DNA of 64,000 nucleotides from a virus: positions 64,001 through 128,000 of the IMG/VR virus record IMGVR_UViG_3300043449_000492. One strand, written 5' to 3'. Position numbers and translations under genes: made by a program. Of the stretch, positions 30,659-38,679 are shown in pieces. Every line of letters starts with the position of its first letter. Position 1 is the stretch's first letter. The notes under the pieces were generated by a model. That model made no database searches, was not told the DNA's origin, and saw nothing but the letters and a program-made list of their open reading frames with translations.

Positions 30659-30967
30659 ATGGATAAGGATCTCATCCGAGCTATGGCCAAGGCGGAAAGA
30701 ATGATGGACAAAGGAGAGATTCCTTTTGTCTGGGCTCCAAGTGCTAGAGGTATTATGGAGAGACTTGCTTGCACAAATGCTATTATGGAAGAGTTTGGTC
30801 TAGAGAACGCACAGACTGTCAATTCCATGATTCGTGAAGCAATCTTAAATTATAATCTAGAACAGCTTAGACAACGCATCGAAGAAATCACTGACAACCT
30901 TGGACTCGATTCTGAGTTTGACTTTCGCAAACAACTAGATGAGGACGAAGATGATAACAGTAATTAA
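30659..30967 (+). CDS. Hypothetical protein
   Basis: 102 aa with AGGAG RBS. Confidence 0.6.
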   Translation: MDKDLIRAMAKAERMMDKGEIPFVWAPSARGIMERLACTNAIMEEFGLENAQTVNSMIREAILNYNLEQLRQRIEEITDNLGLDSEFDFRKQLDEDEDDNSN

Positions 30968-31061
30968 TACGCCGTTTGGTTACTTCGTCTATAACATAGA
31001 CAATCTTTGGAATGGTCTTAGTCAAATGGGTTGGATGAATGTCGATGAAATGGAATCTTGA
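30951..31061 (+). CDS. Small hypothetical protein (36 aa)
   Basis: Hand-translated MITVINTPFGYFVYNIDNLWNGLSQMGWMNVDEMES; GAGGA RBS; fills the gap. Confidence 0.4.
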   Translation: MITVINTPFGYFVYNIDNLWNGLSQMGWMNVDEMES

Positions 31062-31278
31062 ATTTATTATTGAATGGGTTTCTACCATTCTTGTCATTGT
31101 AGGAGCGATGCTTACCGCTTGGAACATCTATCCTATGAATCTGGCATTTCAGTTTGTTGGAAATGTTGGCTGGTTTGCTGTTGGATATATGTGGAAGAAA
31201 TGGTCACTCATGACCATTCAAGCAGTCATTAGTGTAATCTATATCGCAGGACTTATCTCGAAAGGATATCTTATATGA
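31039..31278 (+). CDS. Small 3-TM membrane protein
   Basis: Three hydrophobic segments; W..T...I.GA.LTA.NIYP.N pattern. Confidence 0.6.
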   Translation: MSMKWNLEFIIEWVSTILVIVGAMLTAWNIYPMNLAFQFVGNVGWFAVGYMWKKWSLMTIQAVISVIYIAGLISKGYLI

Positions 31279-31382
31279 GATATAATCATTGGTTTTGGAA
31301 TAGTAGATTCATGAATCGTGTGGCTGGTTTTCTCGTCTTCCTAAATAGCTATATCTGGAGCAAGCAGTATGGAAAAAACTGA
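31275..31382 (+). CDS. Small hypothetical protein (35 aa)
   Basis: Hand-translated MRYNHWFWNSRFMNRVAGFLVFLNSYIWSKQYGKN; AAGGA RBS; ATGA overlap. Confidence 0.45.
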   Translation: MRYNHWFWNSRFMNRVAGFLVFLNSYIWSKQYGKN

Positions 31383-31548
31383 TTCTACTAAATCTCACTC
31401 ATACTCTCACGATCAGCTACTCATATCTGCTTTTGGACATGAGATTAGAAACACTATTCGTTTAGTAGAAGATACCACTAACGAACTAGCAGTTGTTGAA
31501 GCCTACTTGCAAAAGAGAATTGATGAGATTAAAGAACGCTGGAAGTAA
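31369..31548 (+). CDS. Small hypothetical protein (59 aa)
   Basis: Hand-translated MEKTDSTKSH...YLQKRIDEIKERWK; GGAG RBS. Confidence 0.5.
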   Translation: MEKTDSTKSHSYSHDQLLISAFGHEIRNTIRLVEDTTNELAVVEAYLQKRIDEIKERWK

Positions 31549-31561
31549 CATATGGTGAGCT

Positions 31562-32374
31562 ATGACCTTTGACAAAATTTTAGAAAATGTTTTAGAAGAT
31601 AACTTAAGAGAACAAGATGTAGCTATATTATTCTCAGGTGGTATTGATTCAATATCTTTAGCTTTCGCAGCACATCGATTAGGCAAGAAACTACACTGTT
31701 ACACAATGTATGTGAATGGTGTAGTTTCTAAAGACGCACAGAACGCTATAGATGTTGCAGACAAGTTCGGTTGGGAAATGACTCTCATTGATGTTCCAAT
31801 CGACAATCTAGTAAATGACTTCAAGCATCTAATCAATCATTACGGTTGTAAGAAGAAGACCCAGGTCGAATGTGCCTGGCCTTTTCTGTATGTATATCCT
31901 CATATCAAAGAGAGAGAAATTATCTCTGGTCTAGGAGCAGACGGCTTGCAAGGCTCATCTAAGAAAGTCTGTCTGCATTTTAAAGAACCTAAAGAGTTAT
32001 TCGATTCATATAGAAAAGAGTATTTTGATCTTAACATAACACCAAATCCTGGTGGCATGTTACAGCATGAGCAACTCTGTGAGGAGTTTGAAAAAAAGTT
32101 TGTTGTTCCCTATCATGATGATCGAGTGATAGACTACTTTATGCAGTTCGATTGGTATGACCTAAATAAACCATATCCGAAGAACAAAGTGATTGACGCT
32201 TTTCCAGAGTTTCAACAAATCAAGGTAAGACGACATGAGAACCTGCAACTTGCAGCAGGTATACCGTCTCACTTTGAGAAACTGCTTGACAATCCTGAAG
32301 TAAACGTATATAATAGAAAAAGAGTAATGGATCTCATTCGAGATTGGAATGACATGGGAGATACGCTGTTTTGA
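31562..32374 (+). CDS. Asparagine-synthetase-like ATP-dependent amide ligase (synthetase domain only)
   Basis: PP-loop LFSGGIDS, SGLGADGL, PY.D..V; no N-terminal Cys-glutaminase domain. Confidence 0.8.
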   Translation: MTFDKILENVLEDNLREQDVAILFSGGIDSISLAFAAHRLGKKLHCYTMYVNGVVSKDAQNAIDVADKFGWEMTLIDVPIDNLVNDFKHLINHYGCKKKTQVECAWPFLYVYPHIKEREIISGLGADGLQGSSKKVCLHFKEPKELFDSYRKEYFDLNITPNPGGMLQHEQLCEEFEKKFVVPYHDDRVIDYFMQFDWYDLNKPYPKNKVIDAFPEFQQIKVRRHENLQLAAGIPSHFEKLLDNPEVNVYNRKRVMDLIRDWNDMGDTLF

Positions 32375-33600
32375 AATATGCACCTTATACCGTTGAAGAC
32401 GTAAAGAAGGCATCTGCCCAGAATAAGTTTACAGTTATTAGCTGTTTCGCTGGTGGAGGTGGTAGTTCGACTGGCTATCGTCTAGCTGGCGGAAAGATTC
32501 TTTTAATCAATGAATTTGTTGAATCTGCAATCGAATCCTACAAAGCGAACTATCCTGACACTCCTGTTCTTGTTGATGATATCAAGAAATACACTGGTCA
32601 AGACTTTCTCGACATGGCAAAGATTAAAGCTGGAGAGCTAGACATTCTAGATGGTTCTCCACCATGTTCTGCATTTTCTATCGCAGGTAAGCGTGAGAAA
32701 GGTTGGGCTGGTGCCGAACTAGATACTCGCCGTGCCTATTTTGATGATGATGGTGAGATTGTTCAAGAAGGTGAGCTAGTCGTCAAGGAAGGCATTAAGC
32801 TTTATTCTGATGGCAAGCAAGTAGAAGCAATTGAAGACCTGTTCCATGAGTTCATTCGTGTAGCTGCTGATATCAAGCCTAAGGTTATTGTTGCTGAGAA
32901 CGTGAAAGGTATTACGTTCGGCGAAGCAAAGGGTAAGCTACATGAGTTTATTAAAGCGTTTGAAGATATTGGATATCAGGTAACGTATCGAGTGCTTAAT
33001 GCTGCTGACTATGGCACACCACAAGCAAGAGAGCGAACAATCTTTATTTGTGTTAGAGACGATATAGCTGATGCTGTTGGCTTGAACTTCCTGACACTTG
33101 AAAACATCTTTCCTGATAAGACATATAATGAGCATGTTTCTCTTAAGGAAGCTATTCATGATGTGGTATCTGATCCAGCACAAGAGAAAGAGTTATATGA
33201 TTATGTGCAGAATGGCTTTCAGAAGAAGTGGATTGAAATGCTTCCATTCAATCCTTCTAGGCATATGAAGCCATCTGACAAAGAGTTTATCGCTATCAAT
33301 CCCAAGCGTTCACTTTTCAATATGATTAGACCTGCTCCACATTTGCCTTCTCCAACGATTACACAACGAGGCAATCAGAAGTCAGTGTCTGGTGTATTTC
33401 ACTATGAGAAGAATCGTAAGTTTACTGTACCAGAGCTAAGACGCATCATGTCATTACCTGATGACTATGAGTTAAAAGGTAACTTCGATCAGCAAGCGGA
33501 ACGTATTGGTCGAATGGTCGCACCGAAGATGATGGCAGAAGTTGCAAACGCTATCTATGAAAAAGTATTGAAACCATATAATGAGGCAAACCATGAGTGA
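32371..33600 (+). CDS. C5-cytosine DNA methyltransferase-fold enzyme, predicted carboxymethyltransferase
   Basis: FAGGGG (I), DGSPPCSAFS (IV), ENV (VI), QARER (VIII), motif X reads IGRMV instead of GNxV; TTG start. Confidence 0.85.
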   Translation: MKYAPYTVEDVKKASAQNKFTVISCFAGGGGSSTGYRLAGGKILLINEFVESAIESYKANYPDTPVLVDDIKKYTGQDFLDMAKIKAGELDILDGSPPCSAFSIAGKREKGWAGAELDTRRAYFDDDGEIVQEGELVVKEGIKLYSDGKQVEAIEDLFHEFIRVAADIKPKVIVAENVKGITFGEAKGKLHEFIKAFEDIGYQVTYRVLNAADYGTPQARERTIFICVRDDIADAVGLNFLTLENIFPDKTYNEHVSLKEAIHDVVSDPAQEKELYDYVQNGFQKKWIEMLPFNPSRHMKPSDKEFIAINPKRSLFNMIRPAPHLPSPTITQRGNQKSVSGVFHYEKNRKFTVPELRRIMSLPDDYELKGNFDQQAERIGRMVAPKMMAEVANAIYEKVLKPYNEANHE

Positions 33601-34294
33601 TTATGATTTTACATTTGCACACCGTGACGAAGGCTTTGACAATCACATTGAAAAGTCTATTCGAGGTTATAATTATCTGCATGATGACATTATCAATCTA
33701 TCTCGATACTATGTTGAAGATTGGACAAACGTAGTTGACATTGGTTCTTCTACAGGTAAGACAATCGAGGCAATGGCTATTCAGAACGAACACTTTGCTC
33801 CTTCTGCAACATATGTTGGTGTAGAACTTGCAGAAGGCTTTAGAGTCGAAATGGAAGCCCGCTTTACTCTATTGCGTGAAAGTCTACCAGAGACATTTTT
33901 TGAGTTTGAGTTCGGCGACATTCGTGAATATCTTTTTGATAACTGTTCACTTGTCACTTCTCTATTCACTCTACAGTTTATGCCTCCGAAAGATCGTGAG
34001 AATGTTATTCGTAACATCTATAATGGACTCAATGAAGGCGGTGCATTCATCTTCGCTGAAAAGACTGTAGCTGAAACAGGTCGATTCCAAGACATGTTCA
34101 CATTTACCTACTATGACTATAAGCGTAAGAATTTCACTGAGAAAGATATCATGCAAAAGGAAGTCACGCTTCGTAACATGCTCAAGCCAAACACATGGGC
34201 AGAGATTGAAGACATGCTACGTTCCGCAGGTTTCAAGAAAGTCCAGCCTTTCTGGCAGAACTTTCTTTTTGTTGGTGCAATCGCCATTAAGTAA
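33593..34294 (+). CDS. cmoA: CmoA-like carboxy-S-adenosylmethionine synthase
   Basis: DFTF...FDNHIEKSIRGY, DIGSSTG, FTLQFM, GAFIFAEK, AGF...FWQNFLFVGAIAIK parallel CmoA (WTF..FPDMIQRSVPGY, DLGCSLG, FTLQFL, GALVLSEK, WFQCFNFGSLVALK). Confidence 0.85.
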   Translation: MSDYDFTFAHRDEGFDNHIEKSIRGYNYLHDDIINLSRYYVEDWTNVVDIGSSTGKTIEAMAIQNEHFAPSATYVGVELAEGFRVEMEARFTLLRESLPETFFEFEFGDIREYLFDNCSLVTSLFTLQFMPPKDRENVIRNIYNGLNEGGAFIFAEKTVAETGRFQDMFTFTYYDYKRKNFTEKDIMQKEVTLRNMLKPNTWAEIEDMLRSAGFKKVQPFWQNFLFVGAIAIK

Positions 34295-34307
34295 AGGACA
34301 AGTATTC

Positions 34308-34475
34308 GTGCAGTATTTCAACTTTAATAAACTTGAGAATTACTTTGATATGCTTACATCGTTCTGGATATTCTTCTGCGTTGTAAGTATTGTCTGGATT
34401 CTAGCTTCACTATACTACCATACTACTAAAGACCTTCGCCTGCGACATTCTGACGCACCCAAAAAGCGGGATTGA
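34308..34475 (+). CDS. Possible small membrane protein
   Basis: GTG start behind AAGGA; one hydrophobic segment. Confidence 0.3.
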   Translation: MQYFNFNKLENYFDMLTSFWIFFCVVSIVWILASLYYHTTKDLRLRHSDAPKKRD

Positions 34476-34507
34476 CCCTTGTATTCCTTAGCGACAGGTG
34501 CTATACT
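34441..34507 (+). promoter_or_regulatory. Early promoter with upstream near-palindrome TGCGACA-N3-TGACGCA
   Basis: Near-palindrome 34441-34457; TTGTAT-N17-TATACT at 34479-34507. Confidence 0.55.
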
Positions 34508-34541
34508 GCATCTATCGTTGAACAAGTGAAAGGAACTTTAT

Positions 34542-34781
34542 ATGTCGAATTCCAATGCCGCTCTCCTCGCCCGTATTGCGGAACTTGAAGCTCAGGTTGC
34601 TAAGACTCCTAAGAAGGCTCTTTCCCTGAAGGTTTCCCAGAAGGGTGCGGTTTCTCTCTATGGCATGGGTCGCTTCCCCGTCACTCTTTACGCTTCCCAG
34701 TGGGAGCAGCTTCTGGGTGAAGCGGAAAAGATCAAGGAATTCCTTGACAAGAACAAGGAAACGCTCGCTGTCAAGGCGTAA
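34542..34781 (+). CDS. Conserved small hypothetical protein (early gene)
   Basis: KVSQKGAVSLYGMGRFPVTLY..QW..LL; AAGGA RBS; strongly biased codons. Confidence 0.7.
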   Translation: MSNSNAALLARIAELEAQVAKTPKKALSLKVSQKGAVSLYGMGRFPVTLYASQWEQLLGEAEKIKEFLDKNKETLAVKA

Positions 34782-34794
34782 GCTGTTGAAAGAT

Positions 34795-34820
34795 AGGGGC
34801 TTTCGAGCCCCTTTTCTTTT
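34795..34820 (+). terminator. Rho-independent terminator
   Basis: AGGGGC-TTTCGA-GCCCCT then TTTCTTTT. Confidence 0.8.
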
Positions 34821-34823
34821 GCC

Positions 34824-34851
34824 TTGCAATTCCTATCGAATGCTCTATAAT
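34824..34851 (+). promoter_or_regulatory. Sigma70-type promoter
   Basis: TTGCAA-N16-TATAAT. Confidence 0.55.
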
Positions 34852-34878
34852 AAGTGAACAATCGTGAAAGGGCACTTT

Positions 34879-37146
34879 ATGCATTCCACTAATTCTTCCA
34901 ATTCTATTCTCGCCAAGCTTCTAGCTACCGAGAATATTACGGTTCAGCATCAGCCTGGTATTAAGACCGCTATGTTTGACCTTAAGAACCGTGTTCTTAT
35001 GCTTCCCGTCTGGCAAGAGATTACCGAGAACCTTAAGCATCTGCTTATTGGTCATGAAACTGGTCACGCTATTGACACCCCGACTGCCGAAGAATATAAG
35101 GCAGCTTATGAGGGTATTGCCAAACGTGTCTTTGGTGATGAAACCACTTCCCGTCTTACTCGCACGGTTGCTGGCTTTCTTAATGTTATCGAGGACGCTC
35201 GTATCGATAAGCGTCAGAAGCGTCGTTACCCCGGGCTTCGCAAGGACTATCTTCTTGGCTATCAGGAGCTTATCGACCGTGACTTCTTCGGTACGAAGGG
35301 TCGTGACATTAATTCCATGAATTTTATCGACCGCATGAATATCTATTTTAAGGGTGGTAACATTCATGATAATATCGAGTTTACCCCTGCCGAAAAGGCT
35401 TTTCTCAAGCGGGTAGAAAATCTTGAACTGTTTGATGAGACGATTATCCTCACCGAAGAGGTTTATCGTTTCTGTAAAGACCAAATCGAGAATGATATGC
35501 ATATCGATATTGGTATTGGTGAGCCTGAGGAGGGCGAAAGTGATGATGACGGTTTTGATTGGGACGGTGACAGCGATGGCGCTGGTGACTTTGATTCGGA
35601 TGAAGGCTCCGAGTCCGATTCCGATGAAGGTGAGGGTGAAGGCGAGAACGAATCCGACGACGAAGGCGGACTAACTCGTGGTTCGGGTGACCTCGGCGCT
35701 AATAGCAGCGGCAAGTCCAATGCCTCTTCTCATGGTTCTGATGGCGCTGGTGATACCAGTGTTACTGCTCCCGAGTCCGAGACCGATCGTGTCTGGGAAC
35801 AGAAGCGTGAGGAACTGGTTCGTGACTCCAATGCAGACTATATCTATCTGAATATGCCTGAGTTTAACTATGCTCAGAATGTTCACGATTATAAGAAAGT
35901 CCTGAACGATTGGCGTTCCGAACTTGCTATCGGCAAGGCTTCTTATTCTCGTTCCCTCAAGCAGGAAGCTTATGACTTTGCCCGTCGTGAAATGATGGAG
36001 TGGAAGGCTAAAGAAAAGGACACCATCTCGTTCCTTGTCAAGGAGTTCGAGCAGCGTAAGAGTGCTGAGATTTATTCTCGCATTTCGATTGCCAAGACTG
36101 GTGTTATCAATACCAATAAGCTTCATTCATATCGTTACAATGACGATATCTTCCGTCGCTTGACCGTTATCCCTGAGGGTAAGAACCATGGCTTTGTTAT
36201 GTTTCTTGACTGGTCAGGCTCGATGGATTATAACTTGAAGCATACCCTTAAGCAGCTCTTTACGCTTGTTCTCTTTTGCAAGCAGATCCAAGTGCCGTTC
36301 GAGGTGTATGCATTCAAGGACTCGGATGATAGTGGCAAGCCGTCTCCGTGGAATCACGGGAGTGCCGAGAACAGCGTTAACTTCGGTTACCTGACGATCC
36401 GCCAGTTCCTGTCGTCCAAGATGAATATTGCCGAGCTTAATGACGCCATGTCGTTTCTCTGGGCTATGGGTCATGGCTATCGTCTCAACAGCGATCCGCT
36501 CTCTGGCACTCCGCTCAACGAGGCAATCTTTGTTGCTCCGAAGATTGTTAATGACTTCCGTGCTAAGTATAAGCTTGAGGTTGTTAACACGATCATCCTG
36601 ACCGATGGCGAGTCCAATGGTTCTATGGGTCTGGTGAATGACACCGTTCCTCATCAGAGCTATTCGCTCACTGGCGGTATGCGTAAGCGGTATTTCTTCT
36701 ATAATGACAAGGAGACTGGTAAGACCGTTGAGTATGATCCGCATGGTTGGGGTCAGGCTGGTCAGTCTAACACCAACGTCCTGCTTCGTTTGCTCAAAGA
36801 AAAGACTGGTTGTAATCTAATCGGTTTCTTCCTGTTCGGTGAGTCCTGGCGTACCTTCACTTATCGCTTTAATCTTACTGGCAACTATGAGTATCTGCAG
36901 AAAGTTACCAAGTTCTGGAAAGAGAACAAGTTCTATCCTGTCAAGAGTGAAGGTTATGATGATTATTTCGTCATTGATACCCGTGCCCTTGCTGTGACCG
37001 ATAACAACCTGGAGATTGATACGTCCAAGTCGACCAAACAGATGGCGAAAGCCTTCTCCAAGTTTGCGTCGAAGAAAGCCGTAAATCGTGTTCTCCTGCG
37101 TAATTTCATCGATCACGTTACAGGAAAAGCAAAGAAGGTAGCGTAA
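34879..37146 (+). CDS. CobT-like metallopeptidase-motif/vWA protein
   Basis: LAKLLATENI, HETGH (HExxH), NVIEDARI, acidic linker, MIDAS DWSGSM, GTPL, LTDGE. Confidence 0.85.
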   Translation: MHSTNSSNSILAKLLATENITVQHQPGIKTAMFDLKNRVLMLPVWQEITENLKHLLIGHETGHAIDTPTAEEYKAAYEGIAKRVFGDETTSRLTRTVAGFLNVIEDARIDKRQKRRYPGLRKDYLLGYQELIDRDFFGTKGRDINSMNFIDRMNIYFKGGNIHDNIEFTPAEKAFLKRVENLELFDETIILTEEVYRFCKDQIENDMHIDIGIGEPEEGESDDDGFDWDGDSDGAGDFDSDEGSESDSDEGEGEGENESDDEGGLTRGSGDLGANSSGKSNASSHGSDGAGDTSVTAPESETDRVWEQKREELVRDSNADYIYLNMPEFNYAQNVHDYKKVLNDWRSELAIGKASYSRSLKQEAYDFARREMMEWKAKEKDTISFLVKEFEQRKSAEIYSRISIAKTGVINTNKLHSYRYNDDIFRRLTVIPEGKNHGFVMFLDWSGSMDYNLKHTLKQLFTLVLFCKQIQVPFEVYAFKDSDDSGKPSPWNHGSAENSVNFGYLTIRQFLSSKMNIAELNDAMSFLWAMGHGYRLNSDPLSGTPLNEAIFVAPKIVNDFRAKYKLEVVNTIILTDGESNGSMGLVNDTVPHQSYSLTGGMRKRYFFYNDKETGKTVEYDPHGWGQAGQSNTNVLLRLLKEKTGCNLIGFFLFGESWRTFTYRFNLTGNYEYLQKVTKFWKENKFYPVKSEGYDDYFVIDTRALAVTDNNLEIDTSKSTKQMAKAFSKFASKKAVNRVLLRNFIDHVTGKAKKVA

Positions 37147-37167
37147 AAACAACGGTTTAGAGGGGGC

Positions 37168-37196
37168 TTGACATTCCTCTCTAAACCAGCTATAAT
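37168..37196 (+). promoter_or_regulatory. Consensus sigma70 promoter with -35 inside an inverted repeat
   Basis: TTGACA-N17-TATAAT exact. Confidence 0.8.
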
Positions 37197-37231
37197 GTGT
37201 CATAATCGAAATCGTGAAAGGAATAGATTGT

Positions 37232-38500
37232 ATGGCTAAGTCTAATATGTCCACCCGTGACCAGTTCCTCGATAAGGTTCGTTTCGAGTTCGGAGCTATC
37301 ACTACCATCACCCGTACCCAGGTCAAGCAGGTTTGCGACAAGTATGACCTGTCGTTCCCCACGTGGCTTCGCAAAGATGCCACTCGTCAGGTTGCCCGCG
37401 GTGTGTATGCTCTTACCGAGCATGGCGCTACTCCCGCTGCGCCTGTGACTGCTACCGCTATCAAGGCTGCAAAGTCTAAGGCTCCGAGAGTGTCAAAAAA
37501 GGTCGCTCCGACCAAGACCGCTAACATTCAGTCGAATGTCCCCGTGGTCGATAGCATCGTGGCTATGGCTTCGACGGTTGCCATGTCGGCTCCGTCCACT
37601 TCAGCTTCGGCCGATGTTTCGCTCGTTCCTGAAAAGTCTTCGGGATACGTTCCGTTCGGTAACTTTGCCGACGTTCGTTCCATTATCAAATCTCGTAAGT
37701 TTTACCCGGCTTACATCACTGGTCTTTCTGGTAACGGTAAGACGATGATGGTCGAGCAGGTTTGTGCTGCTGAAAAGCGTGAATGTGTCCGAGTTAACGT
37801 GACCATTGAGACCGACGAAGATGATCTTATCGGCGGCTTCCGTCTTGTTGACGGACACACCGTGTGGCAGGACGGTCCTGTTATCATCGCCATGCAGCGT
37901 GGTGCGATCCTGCTTCTCGACGAGGTTGATCTTGGCTCTAACAAGCTTATGTGTCTCCAGCCTGTCCTCGAAGGCAAGTCGGTCTTCCTTAAGAAGATTA
38001 ATCGTTTGGTTCATCCTGAGGCAGGGTTCAACGTCATTGCGACTGCGAACACCAAGGGTAAGGGTTCCGACGATGGTCGCTTCATTGGCACCAACGTAAT
38101 GAATGAGGCGTTCCTTGAGCGTTTCAGCATCACGATGGAGCAGGAGTACCCTGCGGCTAAGACCGAGACGAAGATCCTTAACAATGTTCTAGGTGCTTCT
38201 AACATTGAAGCTAAGGAGTTTGTTGAGAAGCTTGTCACCTGGGCTGATGTTATCCGTAAGTCATTCTACGAGGGTGCTCTTTCGGAAATCATTTCGACCC
38301 GTCGTCTCGTCCATATCTGCGAGGCTTATGCTATCTTTAACCAGAACCGTGTGAAGGCAATTGAGCTGTGCCTTAACCGCTTCGACGTGGACACCAAGAA
38401 TGCTTTCATGGAACTCTATAAGAAGGTCGATGAGACCGTTGATCCGACTGCTGTTTCGGAATCGGAAGCAGCCCCTGTGGGTGAAGAGGTTGCTTTCTGA
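37232..38500 (+). CDS. CobS/MoxR-like AAA+ ATPase
   Basis: GLSGNGKT, ETDEDDLIGG, LLLDEVD, ANTKGKGSDDGRFIGTN, EAFLERF, STRRL; partner of the upstream vWA protein. Confidence 0.9.
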   Translation: MAKSNMSTRDQFLDKVRFEFGAITTITRTQVKQVCDKYDLSFPTWLRKDATRQVARGVYALTEHGATPAAPVTATAIKAAKSKAPRVSKKVAPTKTANIQSNVPVVDSIVAMASTVAMSAPSTSASADVSLVPEKSSGYVPFGNFADVRSIIKSRKFYPAYITGLSGNGKTMMVEQVCAAEKRECVRVNVTIETDEDDLIGGFRLVDGHTVWQDGPVIIAMQRGAILLLDEVDLGSNKLMCLQPVLEGKSVFLKKINRLVHPEAGFNVIATANTKGKGSDDGRFIGTNVMNEAFLERFSITMEQEYPAAKTETKILNNVLGASNIEAKEFVEKLVTWADVIRKSFYEGALSEIISTRRLVHICEAYAIFNQNRVKAIELCLNRFDVDTKNAFMELYKKVDETVDPTAVSESEAAPVGEEVAF

Positions 38501-38568
38501 ATGACTAAGTTCGGCCTCACCCAACAAGAGGCCGAAGTCCTCGACAGAGAATTTCTAAATGTTTTCTG

Positions 38569-38597
38569 TTGACATTCCCAGAATACCCGTGTATAAT
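38569..38597 (+). promoter_or_regulatory. Consensus sigma70 promoter
   Basis: TTGACA-N17-TATAAT exact. Confidence 0.8.
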
Positions 38598-38679
38598 GAA
38601 CTTTGATGCTGCTGATTTATACACGGGTCTTTCCTTTCACGACCAGCAGCATCACAACTTTGAAATGGAGAACTATATA

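Noticed and set aside
33593-34294. tRNA cmo5U modification role for the CmoA-like gene
   Set aside because: No CmoB or tRNA genes seen in the window, and it is coupled to a DNA C5-MTase with the Arg substitution; not fully excluded
34879-38500. Cobalamin biosynthesis (true cobS/cobT)
   Set aside because: No cobN or other cob genes; this is the generic phage MoxR-AAA/vWA pair
34512-38527. Many long minus-strand ORFs in the GC-richer island
   Set aside because: Expected shadows of strongly biased codon usage on the plus strand; no recognisable motifs
38510-38536. Hairpin TTCGGCCTC/GAGGCCGAA after the AAA gene as an intrinsic terminator
   Set aside because: No U-tract follows; may only be a stabilising stem
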